Shown in pieces: positions 10,854 to 20,649 of a stretch of DNA of 64,000 nt. The DNA lies in IMG/VR virus record IMGVR_UViG_3300033141_003544, positions 41,578-105,577 of that record; one strand, given 5' to 3'. Position 1 is the stretch's first letter; each line of letters starts with the position of its first letter. Source of the DNA: a virus. The notes below the pieces were generated by a model. The model was not told where the DNA came from. It worked only from the letters and a program-made list of their open reading frames with translations, and searched no databases. A program made the position numbers and the translations under genes.

Positions 10854-10882
10854 AATATACAACAAAGAAAAAACAATGTCAA
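10854..10882 (-). promoter_or_regulatory. sigma70-type promoter
   Basis: TTGACA-N17-TATATT. Confidence 0.7.
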
Positions 10883-10916
10883 CCTATTTCAATTGAATTT
10901 TCATTTTTATTTATTA

Positions 10917-11849
10917 CTAAGTACTCGTTGTAATTGTATATTCACCATATTGTTTTTTCCAAAGACTTCGTAAAAAGTTACTTAAAAACAAAATAGGTTG
11001 AGTTTTATAGGAATAATTTATCTCCCAAGGGAATATATGTTTTTCTTCATAATGCCATGCCATATCGTATTCAATATCTTTTCTATTAGTACCTAAAGAT
11101 TGTGTAAAATCCTCAAAATTATACTCATTATTTTCCGGATAGTTCTGTTTTGCATTATTTAATTCGAATACTGTATTTTCTATATAACTTCTTTCTTTCC
11201 TTTTTCCTTTTCCTTTTTTAATTATCCTTTTTTTATGACAGTAATAGTGAGAAGCTTTAAGATAAAAATTACCAGGTTCAAGTTCTAACATCGATGCGAT
11301 ATACCGTTGTAAGAAAGTGTGGTGTAAGACATCGTAAGGGAGAAGGTTGATAACATCCGAGCTCCTCATGTTGACAAACAATAACACTTTGTTTTCTCTT
11401 ATCAAGAAATGAAGATTTAATGTGCAAGGAGTTCTGGGTCTTGGATGTATTATATCTAAATGTTCTGGTTGCCATATACTTATTATTGCTTCCCGTTCTT
11501 GCCTGGCTTTTAGCTTTTTCAACACTTTGGGAATAGCTGGGACTAAGTACTCGCTGTAATTGTATATCCACTTTCCACCTTCCTTCTCAAGTTTACGTTT
11601 CCAGTTTGGACGAAATAAATAAGAAGTTCCTGGATTTCGATAATAAGGGTCTAGTCTATCTGACAATTCTGCAAATCCCCATTTCCAATTTTTATTCAAA
11701 GAAATAAGACAGTTGTTTGGATTAGTTAAGCAAAAATCTAAATTTACTTTATCTATAGTCTTACCTAATTCCTTACCATTATGAAGAATATCTTCTAAAA
11801 TCTCAATATATATGCTCTGAAAGTTATCATTTATTGGATACATATTCAT
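10917..11849 (-). CDS. Thymidylate-synthase-family enzyme 2 (dCMP-type)
   Basis: REAIISIW, PCTLNLHF, MRSSDVINLLPYD, ASHYY. Confidence 0.85.
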   Translation of the reverse strand: MNMYPINDNFQSIYIEILEDILHNGKELGKTIDKVNLDFCLTNPNNCLISLNKNWKWGFAELSDRLDPYYRNPGTSYLFRPNWKRKLEKEGGKWIYNYSEYLVPAIPKVLKKLKARQEREAIISIWQPEHLDIIHPRPRTPCTLNLHFLIRENKVLLFVNMRSSDVINLLPYDVLHHTFLQRYIASMLELEPGNFYLKASHYYCHKKRIIKKGKGKRKERSYIENTVFELNNAKQNYPENNEYNFEDFTQSLGTNRKDIEYDMAWHYEEKHIFPWEINYSYKTQPILFLSNFLRSLWKKQYGEYTITTST

Positions 11850-12009
11850 TCTTTTTCATATTCATTTAGTTTATCTAATATTTTTGTTAATAAACCATTA
11901 GTACTAAAAACTCCTATGCATATTATAATTAAAACTAATAATTCCCAATTCATTTTTTATTCTCCTCTTTTTTAAAAAATTCTTTGAATTGTTCAAGTTC
12001 AGTCATTTT

Positions 12010-14649
12010 TTACCTCTCGTTATAGAGTTTTACTAATTTTTTAACCATTATTTCTAGACTCATATTTTCTTGAATATAATTTGATAAGTCAAAGTTTGAA
12101 TTGTATTTTTCCATCTCATTTTCCAAAGTTTCGACAGTTATATTTTTATTGTTTGTTCTTCCCGAACAATTTTTATTTAAATATTTTTTAAATATATTTT
12201 TTGAAGATACTATACCATCCATTCTATTAGGGTTAGCGACAATAACATTTTTACCCATAGCTAACCCTTCATAAACGGACCTACCAACTCCTATAACAAC
12301 ATCTGCTTCATTCAATATATGATGAACATCCCATGTATATTTACCTCCCAAACCTATTATAGTTAAATTAAGGTTCAGTTTTTCTGCAAAATGTTCAAAT
12401 ACATTCTTTTCTATTTTACCTTCTGAAGATCTGACATGATTGTTGAGAACAATCAAGTTTCTAGGATTTAAGAAATTCCGTCTTATTTTTTTAAATTTAT
12501 AAATATCAATTCCATTATGTATAATAGGTATTTCTTTTTTATAATTTGATAAATTTTGTAAGTTAGACCTCACCTCTTTTGAAACTCCAACTAATTTATT
12601 AATATAAGGATAAGTATTAGATTCTGGGGTTTCTATATCCTCTAAAACTCCATGAGATACATATAATATTTTATTTTGTACTTTTAAGTCTTGTGATACG
12701 GATAAAATATCTCTTAAACAACTCCGATGATGGCAATGGATTATATCTAAATTGTGGTTTTGAATTACATATCTTAAACTTCCTATATCTGGTACGATAT
12801 TAACTCCCAAATATTTCAATCTTTCTGAAACGTCTCCATGGTGTTGAGAGTAAACAAAAACCTCCGAACCATTATCTTTTAAAACCTTAGCTAAATCGTA
12901 CACATATCTTTCTGTTCCTCCATAGTATTTTAAACTCACATTTGTTATAAGAATTTTATCTGGAACTCCTTCTATTTTTATTTTCTTCTCCCCATACCAT
13001 TTGTTTATCAGTTTATTATAGTTATCTTTTTGAATTTTAGCCCATGTAGAATTTCTTTCTCTCTTCCAAGTATGATATACTACTACATCATTAGCTACCA
13101 ATAAATGATAACCTGCTTTAGTTAATTTCATTGATAAGTCGTCATCATCACAGCCCCCAGAATTACCAAATAAACTGTTATCCATACCTCCAACTAGTTC
13201 CCATGCATCTTTTCTAATCGCTATACAAAAACCAATCAACAAATCCGTTTCAATATAATTACCCTTATTCAAGTCTGCATTCTTTTTTGAAAACTCTACT
13301 ATACCATCAATATCTAAATCTTTTGGCATTTCTATGTATTGGAGTCTATGGTGATTAACGTTGTCAGATACAGGACCCACCGCTCCAACTTTTCTATCCA
13401 CCCTAAAATACTTTATTAATTCCTCCTTCCAATTATAAGTAAAAATAAGATCATAATTACCAAAAATCAATATATTGTTTTTAGCTAATTTCGCCCCTTG
13501 ATTACAAGCAGCAGTCCAACCTATATTAGTATCATTTATCACGGAGTGGATATATGGACTCTGTTGGGAATATTGACTAATTAACTCTTTTAAATCATCT
13601 GATGGTTCATTTGCAATTATAATAAGTTCATCCTTGTAATTCAACCATTCAATAGCAGTTTCTATAGTTATTTCTGTATCTTCTATCTTATTCCCATAAG
13701 TTACAATTATAAGTGAAACCTCATCAAAACTCATCTCTTCTTTTCCCCTACCCGCCTCTTCATCCAATCTGTCAAAAAGATCGGTATCAAAAGTTAAACC
13801 TTTTGCTTTGTATGACCTTTCTAAAGCCATTCTAACATTAAATATAAAATCATGACGTGTTTTATCATCTCTTTTTACCCATGCCTCTTCTAATAATTCA
13901 ATACATTGGTCATGTTTCTTTAAATTTTGACATAATATCCCTGTCTCATATAAAGTGTTAAAGTTTCTGGTTGTTTTTAATTTTTCCATCCCATAATTGT
14001 AATACTTTAATTGTTTTTTTAATAGGTCTTCTTCTTCATGTTGAATATGGTGAACAGTTATTTCAGGTCCAACATCAACAGGAACTATATGTTTACAATC
14101 GGGGTCTATTTTCATAATAGACTCCCTGACTTGTTCATGTATTTTCCCGGTCCAATATAGTTGAGGAATATTCTGAAATAAACGTAGTTTATATGAAAAA
14201 TTAAACCATTTAAATTTATACTTCTCTGCAAATATCCCCTTCGCCAATCTATTGGTACCGTAAATTCTGTTAGTATAATTGATGGTTGCAACCATATAAG
14301 CTAAGTTTTGGGGCTGTTTAGTTGCCCATTTGATCTTATAGTGTTCCCAATCTGGTAATATTTCATCAGCGTCAATAGAAAAGATCCACCCACAAGTAGC
14401 TTTTGAATCCGCGTAATTTCTAGCAGCTGCATAATCATCTATCCATTCAAAAGAATATACCTTATGAGTATATTCTTTTGCTATTTCTAGTGTTTTATCT
14501 TTAGAACCAGTATCAACTATAACTATTTCATCAGCTATAGGAACAATACTGTCTAGACACCTTGCCAAATCAGCCTCCTCATCCCTTACAATTAAATCAA
14601 AGGAAACTGTTGAAGGAACATTGAATTTTTTGTATAGACTATTGGCCAT
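12010..14649 (-). CDS. Multidomain glycosyltransferase (GT2 - TPR-like - GT2 - GT4-like)
   Basis: IVDTGSKD/SIDADE; NIGWTAACNQG/DDDDLS; GGTERYVYDLA/GRSVYEGLAMG. Confidence 0.85.
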   Translation of the reverse strand: MANSLYKKFNVPSTVSFDLIVRDEEADLARCLDSIVPIADEIVIVDTGSKDKTLEIAKEYTHKVYSFEWIDDYAAARNYADSKATCGWIFSIDADEILPDWEHYKIKWATKQPQNLAYMVATINYTNRIYGTNRLAKGIFAEKYKFKWFNFSYKLRLFQNIPQLYWTGKIHEQVRESIMKIDPDCKHIVPVDVGPEITVHHIQHEEEDLLKKQLKYYNYGMEKLKTTRNFNTLYETGILCQNLKKHDQCIELLEEAWVKRDDKTRHDFIFNVRMALERSYKAKGLTFDTDLFDRLDEEAGRGKEEMSFDEVSLIIVTYGNKIEDTEITIETAIEWLNYKDELIIIANEPSDDLKELISQYSQQSPYIHSVINDTNIGWTAACNQGAKLAKNNILIFGNYDLIFTYNWKEELIKYFRVDRKVGAVGPVSDNVNHHRLQYIEMPKDLDIDGIVEFSKKNADLNKGNYIETDLLIGFCIAIRKDAWELVGGMDNSLFGNSGGCDDDDLSMKLTKAGYHLLVANDVVVYHTWKRERNSTWAKIQKDNYNKLINKWYGEKKIKIEGVPDKILITNVSLKYYGGTERYVYDLAKVLKDNGSEVFVYSQHHGDVSERLKYLGVNIVPDIGSLRYVIQNHNLDIIHCHHRSCLRDILSVSQDLKVQNKILYVSHGVLEDIETPESNTYPYINKLVGVSKEVRSNLQNLSNYKKEIPIIHNGIDIYKFKKIRRNFLNPRNLIVLNNHVRSSEGKIEKNVFEHFAEKLNLNLTIIGLGGKYTWDVHHILNEADVVIGVGRSVYEGLAMGKNVIVANPNRMDGIVSSKNIFKKYLNKNCSGRTNNKNITVETLENEMEKYNSNFDLSNYIQENMSLEIMVKKLVKLYNER

Positions 14650-14651
14650 AG

Positions 14652-15431
14652 TTATAGATCCTTTATTGACAAACCTGATTCCTTTAATAGGTCATGAAAT
14701 CTAAGTAACGTCCTTTTGATACTTTGCATTTTAATTTCCTTAACAACATTAATATCTGAATATTTCTCCTTAAATAATTCCAGCATATGTTTAAATTGTG
14801 GATTCCAAGCTGTTATCCCATACTGTCTGAGAAATAAAGCAATAGTTCCTGCCCAACCTATAGTTATAAAACTATTCATTATAATACAGTTTAATTCAAA
14901 ACACCTACATTTTGAGGTTTTTTCAACTTCTTTGATAATCTTTCTAATTAATAAAAAATCCATAAATAATTTTGGTAAAACTTCAGTATTTCTAAAAACT
15001 AATTGAGCTGAGAAATCACTCATAGTGGTCTTTAAAAAATAAAGACTGTCCAAGCATTTCAATTTTGCCGTTTTATCATAAGGATCTCTTGAAAAGTATA
15101 CAACCCCTCTTGCTTGTTTTGGGTGGAAATCCTTTAAATTAGTTTTTAATATACCTAGTTGTGCCTGCACTCTGTCGTCAAAATAGTCATGTTCTAATTT
15201 TGACATTTTCATTTTATAACTATACTTACTGTAGTGAAAAAAATCTCTTACAATACAACCATCTTGACTAACCAACTTTATTTTTTCCGCACTTCCATAT
15301 GTCAATCTTTTAAAAATATAAGGATAGTTATATTGAACTCCATCACCACAACATATATCATTAACAAGATTAAACCATAAAATATCTAAACCTTCTCCTT
15401 CTACTATATTGATTTGCTTCATATTCTTCAA
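14652..15431 (-). CDS. Divergent thymidylate-synthase-fold paralogue 3
   Basis: KCLDSLYF...VFRNTEVLPKLFMD aligns with PC...RSxD...D of paralogues 1 and 2. Confidence 0.55.
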   Translation of the reverse strand: MKNMKQINIVEGEGLDILWFNLVNDICCGDGVQYNYPYIFKRLTYGSAEKIKLVSQDGCIVRDFFHYSKYSYKMKMSKLEHDYFDDRVQAQLGILKTNLKDFHPKQARGVVYFSRDPYDKTAKLKCLDSLYFLKTTMSDFSAQLVFRNTEVLPKLFMDFLLIRKIIKEVEKTSKCRCFELNCIIMNSFITIGWAGTIALFLRQYGITAWNPQFKHMLELFKEKYSDINVVKEIKMQSIKRTLLRFHDLLKESGLSIKDL

Positions 15432-15443
15432 AAATAAAGGTCT

Positions 15444-16265
15444 TTATTCCTCTTTCCTTATCTTTTTGTTAAACTTATCAACACTTTTTAGTATATCCAT
15501 ATCTAAACCTATTTCTCCCATTTCTCCAATAAGTGCCTCAACATCTTTTGGAAGACAATTTCCACCATATCCCAATTTTCCATCATGACCTGGAACATCC
15601 ATATGACTGTTTCCTATTCTCATATCTGCTTGGACTAACTTCTTAACTTCATTATAATCAACACCTAGTTTATTACATATCAAATTTATCTCATTAAAAA
15701 ATGAGATCTTTGTAGCGAAAAAAGCGTTACAAGCATATTTTACTAACTCAGCAGTAGTAAAGTCTGTAATAAAAATTGGAGTATAATCAAACCTTAATCT
15801 AAATAAGTCTATCACTTTTTTAACTATTATATCTGTTGAACCTGTAGAGTTGGCCAATATTATCCTTGTTGAGTTTATAAAGTCTAATTTAGCAGTTCTA
15901 GCTGTTAAAAATTCTGGACTGTAGATTAGATTAAAACAAGGATATGTTTTTTGCAAATAATCCATAGTTTTTGGAATTACTGTACTTTTAACGATAAATA
16001 TTTTATTTACATGGTCTTCTGGGTCTATTGTTATTTTTCGGAAAACATCTTCTAACTCATAGGGGTAGAATAAATAATGCTGAGTAGGAGTGGATACACA
16101 TATAAAAATAAAATCCCCATGGTCTATTACATCATCAAAGTTATCAAAACCTTCTTTATATTTATCATAAATTTTAATATCCGCATGCAAAGAAAAACCA
16201 TGTGCAATAGCTGACCCTACATAACCAAAACCTATTATAGAAACTTTTGGTAATCTGTTCTTCAC
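15444..16265 (-). CDS. ugd: UDP-glucose/GDP-mannose dehydrogenase family (short form)
   Basis: IIGFGYVG, KSTV, PEFL, KYACN, GYGGNCLPKD. Confidence 0.88.
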   Translation of the reverse strand: MKNRLPKVSIIGFGYVGSAIAHGFSLHADIKIYDKYKEGFDNFDDVIDHGDFIFICVSTPTQHYLFYPYELEDVFRKITIDPEDHVNKIFIVKSTVIPKTMDYLQKTYPCFNLIYSPEFLTARTAKLDFINSTRIILANSTGSTDIIVKKVIDLFRLRFDYTPIFITDFTTAELVKYACNAFFATKISFFNEINLICNKLGVDYNEVKKLVQADMRIGNSHMDVPGHDGKLGYGGNCLPKDVEALIGEMGEIGLDMDILKSVDKFNKKIRKEE

Positions 16266-16292
16266 AAAAATACCTCCATATCTTTCTATTGT

Positions 16293-16595
16293 TTACGTCT
16301 TTTTAAAATTTGTAATATCTTTTGCTTCTATTATTTCTAAATCACTTACATAACGATATAGGTCATAAGTCTTGTATCCACTTGTTCCTGTTACGGGTAC
16401 ATCAAACCTAATAAAATAATATAAAGGAGGGTCTAATTTATTACCAAATATTGAAACAGTTTCCCTTAAAAGTCCATGATCAATATTATCTTTAGCAAAT
16501 GACTTGTGTAATTCTTTAAAAAGTGAGTCATTCCTCCTTAATGGATTAGTTACTAAAAATACTCTTGTTAAACCTTCTTCATTGATTTCTCTCAT
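16293..16595 (-). CDS. hypothetical protein
   Basis: Coupled ORF. Confidence 0.6.
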   Translation of the reverse strand: MREINEEGLTRVFLVTNPLRRNDSLFKELHKSFAKDNIDHGLLRETVSIFGNKLDPPLYYFIRFDVPVTGTSGYKTYDLYRYVSDLEIIEAKDITNFKKT

Positions 16596-17107
16596 TACAT
16601 CCTCGGTAAATGTTTTTTAAGGTTGACATCTAACAGGTTGACTGTGACAAATAGATTATTGCAAGCGTCTGTCACATTGTCTCCTATTGCGTCATATCTC
16701 TTTCCTCTATTACTTGTTATTTTTGCAATTATTTTCCCATCTTTATTTGAATTTAAAATTATTTTAATAGTTTGTCCATGTCTATTAATCATTTCATCAT
16801 ACAAAGGGTCTAAGATTTTTTTCCCGGTTTTTTGTTCAATAAAATAAGCACTATTTTTTATAGCTTGAAAAGGGATCGGTCCTGCATTAGGGACTACTCT
16901 AGTTTCAATTGTTTTTAACATATTTGTAATTGCCCAAATTAATTTACGACTATAACCCCACAACCATTGTCCTCTGGATTTTATACAAGCTATAAAGACC
17001 CCAGGAGACCTATGTTCCAAAAACAGTTCAATATCTGAATAAGAGTTGTTCTTTAATTCTCTTGTCAGTTGATCGTTTACAGCATAACCTCTTTTATCGA
17101 AAATCAA
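16595..17107 (-). CDS. hypothetical protein
   Basis: Coupled ORF. Confidence 0.6.
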   Translation of the reverse strand: MIFDKRGYAVNDQLTRELKNNSYSDIELFLEHRSPGVFIACIKSRGQWLWGYSRKLIWAITNMLKTIETRVVPNAGPIPFQAIKNSAYFIEQKTGKKILDPLYDEMINRHGQTIKIILNSNKDGKIIAKITSNRGKRYDAIGDNVTDACNNLFVTVNLLDVNLKKHLPRM

Positions 17108-17109
17108 TA

Positions 17110-17625
17110 CTATTTCACTCCTATTTTGTCAATAATCCCATAAGTTATTGCTTCTTCTGCAGACATATATTTCGTATTTTTCATGTCTTTTTTTACTTTT
17201 CTTCTGGTATAATTTGAATGTTTAATAATAGCATTTGTTATAAATTCATCTTGTATTATTGTGTCTTTTATATGTCTTTGGACTACTCCGATATCACCAC
17301 TCGTTTCGGCCCAAACGGAATGTATCATTATCCTGGAATTTGGAGTAGCATACCTCTCTCCTTGAGTTCCTCCTGCCAACAATACTGTTGCCATACTCCA
17401 AGTATAACCTATACAAATAGTTCTTATTTTTACAGTTGATTCTTGCATTACATCATAGATACTTATTCCAGCTGGGACGGAACCTCCTGATGAACTGATA
17501 AATAAAGTAATAGGTTCATCAGATTGATCTTGGAGATACAATATCTTCTCAATAATGTCTACAGACACTATTGGATTTATTTCTCATACTAAAAAAAGCC
17601 TTCGTGGGTTTAAAGAACTTAACAT
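17110..17625 (-). CDS. clpP: ClpP-like protease; in-frame TGA at codon 14 (track starts at 17568)
   Basis: SSGGSV, WSMA, MIH, MSAEEAITYGIID; upstream in-frame ATG with SD. Confidence 0.75.
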
Positions 17626-17637
17626 GTATCTCCCTAT

Positions 17638-18267
17638 TTAATATTTTGATCTTTGTCTAAACTCGTTAATTATGCTTTTTCTTATATACAGATTATAAAT
17701 ATCGTCTGCTGTTAAATCTAATCTTAGACATAGGTCTAAAAAAGCAACTAATACTTTATTCAAGCATAAATAGAATTTGTTTTTGTCTGTAAGTATTTGA
17801 GATTGTTTCCACGGTTTATTTTTTAATACGTTTCCCACTAAACCTAATCTGTAATGGATTTCATGATAGTACTCTTTCACATCTCTCCGATCTCCTATAA
17901 AAGGATGTCTTGTATTAAAATATTCCTCTAAACTTGGAATTTTCTTTTTATCTATTTCAGTTCCAGTTAGTTTAAATATTTCTACTATAAAATGGAGAGC
18001 ATCACTTAACTCTTCTAAGTAGTGAAGTGGATCTTTGTGTATTATTCTAGCTTCCCAACTTTCAGACAATTCTTCCGCAACTCTCCAGAGAAAATCTTTG
18101 ATAATAGTTTGATTTTCTTTTATATCTATATCGAAAGGCCAGTCAGGTAACCCTTCAATAGTTTTGTATTCCTTCATTAGTTCTTCCTGCCTTTGGAATA
18201 TAAGTTCCAATCTATTGTTTTTCTTTGGGGCAGGAATTTCATTTTTATTAACGTCTTTTATATTGAT
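17638..18267 (-). CDS. All-alpha dimeric dUTPase/dCTPase-like NTP pyrophosphatase
   Basis: EELSE, EELSDALHF, KNKPWK, NEFRQRSKY; probable ATC/ATT start after AGGAGG (track start 18210). Confidence 0.8.
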   Translation of the reverse strand: MNIKDVNKNEIPAPKKNNRLELIFQRQEELMKEYKTIEGLPDWPFDIDIKENQTIIKDFLWRVAEELSESWEARIIHKDPLHYLEELSDALHFIVEIFKLTGTEIDKKKIPSLEEYFNTRHPFIGDRRDVKEYYHEIHYRLGLVGNVLKNKPWKQSQILTDKNKFYLCLNKVLVAFLDLCLRLDLTADDIYNLYIRKSIINEFRQRSKY

Positions 18268-18282
18268 AATAACCTCCTATCT

Positions 18283-18789
18283 TTATTGTAGATTTCCTTT
18301 TTTAAATTCTTTTAATATTTTAGGACTTAAAGGTAATCCCCATTTTTTGCGCAAAATAATAATAGACATTGTAGCATAGTTTATCATGTCAATAAAAGCG
18401 TCTTCTACTCCTTCAAAATATAGTCTTGCTAAATCCACTGTTTTTATTACTTTTCCACTTGATTTCTCTATCATTTCAATTTCGGAGTTTATTTGTACAT
18501 TATTGCTATAAAAATCTACCTCACTTTCATCATACAATTCACCTTCAAGAAATTTTTCAATCCTTGAGATTTTCATTTTAATTTTTTCCATAACTTTCCC
18601 TACAGCAGCTTTTTGGTCTAAATCCCCATAACTTCTCTTTCCATAACTGATATGTTTAGGAATCATAACCCTAAAAGCTTCTTTTAGTATATCTTTAAAT
18701 ATATCATCATAATACTCTGATCTTTCAACTCTACAGTCCTTTTTCATTTTCTCTATCTCTTCTTTAGAAAAATCTAGTTCGTTATCCAT
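18283..18789 (-). CDS. Nucleotide modification associated domain 1 (DUF1599-like)
   Basis: KHISYG...KISRI...EGVEDAFIDMINY. Confidence 0.65.
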   Translation of the reverse strand: MDNELDFSKEEIEKMKKDCRVERSEYYDDIFKDILKEAFRVMIPKHISYGKRSYGDLDQKAAVGKVMEKIKMKISRIEKFLEGELYDESEVDFYSNNVQINSEIEMIEKSSGKVIKTVDLARLYFEGVEDAFIDMINYATMSIIILRKKWGLPLSPKILKEFKKGNLQ

Positions 18790-18828
18790 CTTATACCTCC
18801 TACAAATAGTTTTAATATCTAAATAATT

Positions 18829-19263
18829 TTAAATACCTTCTATCCATTCTAAAGTTCTATCATCATTCATTTTTACTTTACCCTCTGCTTTTAGCAGATC
18901 TACTACTTTATTTACTCTTCTTCTAGCCTTAACTTTATTAATTTCATTTTTGTTAAAAACTTCGTGAACTTCATTGACTATTTCAGTTTTTTGGTAACCT
19001 CCTTCTTTTATTAGTAATTCAATAAAACCTCTCCTATTCATTTTTGGGTCTAATTCTCTCGGTTTTGACCTTGTAATAATAGCAGGTTCATCTTTCTTAG
19101 ATACATAGTGGTCCCATGCAAGATCTACAAGCTGATCTTTTGTAACATTAGAGGGGATATCAATATCCAATTCCTCTTTTATTATTGATCTTGCATTTTC
19201 AATACTTAATTCCTCATCTAATATTAGATGAGCTAAGTCTTGTTTTGTTATTTCAGTTGACAT
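18829..19263 (-). CDS. hypothetical, possible winged-helix DNA-binding protein
   Basis: Helical C-terminus ending LKAEGKVKMNDD. Confidence 0.55.
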   Translation of the reverse strand: MSTEITKQDLAHLILDEELSIENARSIIKEELDIDIPSNVTKDQLVDLAWDHYVSKKDEPAIITRSKPRELDPKMNRRGFIELLIKEGGYQKTEIVNEVHEVFNKNEINKVKARRRVNKVVDLLKAEGKVKMNDDRTLEWIEGI

Positions 19264-19285
19264 TGTTTTCCTCTTCTGTTTTTAT

Positions 19286-20068
19286 TTATTTAGACGGATA
19301 TAAAGGCTTTATTGCCTTTTTTAATTCACGCTTTGTTAATTTCCGCAATACCTTGAATTTCTTAACCCGAAATTTACCATCTGATAATATTGGAATAGCC
19401 ACAATGTCTTTTGCCGTAAACTCAACTTCAATATACATCCGATTTTCTATATCCAAATTAGAATTTTGTAAACACCGTTCAAGTGTGGCAACATTTAATC
19501 CTTTCCCACAGTTTTCTCGTTCATCTGCATTACAATCTAGTTCTCTATATATTTTGCCAATCTCATAACGCTTGTTTTGATATAGAGAGATGCCACATTT
19601 ATTCAAACATTTGTATGCAATTAATTTGCCTGGCTGAGATTTGAGAATATTAAGTGGAGAACGAATATGAAAAGGAATATTTTTTGCGCCAGTAAGGTCT
19701 GCATACCTAAGATCTGCGTCATTGAAATCTACGTCACTAAAATTTGCACCCCTAAAGTTTGCACCTCTAAGATTTGTATAACTAAGATCTGTTTTATTAA
19801 AGTTTGTTTCATTAAGTTTTGCATAATTAAGATTTGCAACACTAAGATTTGCATAGCTAAGGTCTGTTTTATTAAGATTTGCATAACTAAGATTTGCATA
19901 ACTAAGGTTTGCGCCACTAAGGTCTGCGTTACTAAGGTCTGCGTTACTAAGGTTTAATTTCTCACAAGAATAACCATCATACCCACTTACGCTTTCTTTA
20001 TTTGCAACACGCTCCAGAAATTCTTTTTTGGTTAGCTTTTTTATTTTAGTTGGCTGTTTTTTTGCCAT
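19286..20068 (-). CDS. Pentapeptide-repeat protein with conserved phage C-terminal domain
   Basis: A(N/D)LSx repeats; CGKGLNVATL..GKFRV. Confidence 0.85.
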   Translation of the reverse strand: MAKKQPTKIKKLTKKEFLERVANKESVSGYDGYSCEKLNLSNADLSNADLSGANLSYANLSYANLNKTDLSYANLSVANLNYAKLNETNFNKTDLSYTNLRGANFRGANFSDVDFNDADLRYADLTGAKNIPFHIRSPLNILKSQPGKLIAYKCLNKCGISLYQNKRYEIGKIYRELDCNADERENCGKGLNVATLERCLQNSNLDIENRMYIEVEFTAKDIVAIPILSDGKFRVKKFKVLRKLTKRELKKAIKPLYPSK

Positions 20069-20083
20069 TATATTCCCTTGTCT

Positions 20084-20194
20084 TCAATAACCTAAATATG
20101 GTCTAAGTATGCAAAAATATACAAATCCAAATAGTAACAGACATATTATTAATCCATACCAGAATTCATGTAGTTCACGTTTTAGACGGCTCAT
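20084..20194 (-). CDS. 36-aa small membrane protein
   Basis: MSRLKRELHEFWYGLIICLLLFGFVYFCILRPYLGY; ATGA-coupled. Confidence 0.55.
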   Translation of the reverse strand: MSRLKRELHEFWYGLIICLLLFGFVYFCILRPYLGY

Positions 20195-20421
20195 TTATCT
20201 CCCCAAAACAGTTTAATACACCGTTTGCAGTTTACTTTGGCAATAGTGAATTTCCAATCATGGCTTAATGACCTATACCATCCACCAAGAGCATTATAAT
20301 ATGTAGAAGTTCCAAAAAGAAAACCACATCTCGTGTAAATAAAATCACGGTTTTTTGTCATATTCCTGTGTTTAAAATAATGCACCTTACCACCTATTTT
20401 ACGCACGTTGTTGCGGCTCAT
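20191..20421 (-). CDS. hypothetical Cys/His protein
   Basis: AGGAG SD; flanked by a 32-bp direct repeat. Confidence 0.6.
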   Translation of the reverse strand: MSRNNVRKIGGKVHYFKHRNMTKNRDFIYTRCGFLFGTSTYYNALGGWYRSLSHDWKFTIAKVNCKRCIKLFWGDK

Positions 20422-20460
20422 GGTTTCTCCTTATACCATTTCACATATTATTCACGTAGT

Positions 20461-20649
20461 TCACGTTTTAGACGGGTCATTGGATTGCTCCTTTATTTTA
20501 TTTTCAAGCCACATATCACCATGATAATGGCAATATGGGCAATAATAAAAACCGCCCGTTGTTGGTTCAACTTCACCACCACAACGTTTGCAATATACTT
20601 TTATGGGGATATATATCATTTCCCTTGCTCCTTTCTGTTTCAAAGTCAA
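20461..20649 (-). CDS. small zinc-ribbon protein
   Basis: CKRCG..CPYC. Confidence 0.6.
   Translation of the reverse strand: MTLKQKGAREMIYIPIKVYCKRCGGEVEPTTGGFYYCPYCHYHGDMWLENKIKEQSNDPSKT

Noticed and set aside
19700-19960. 15-bp DNA repeat array
   Set aside because: Explained by pentapeptide-repeat coding.
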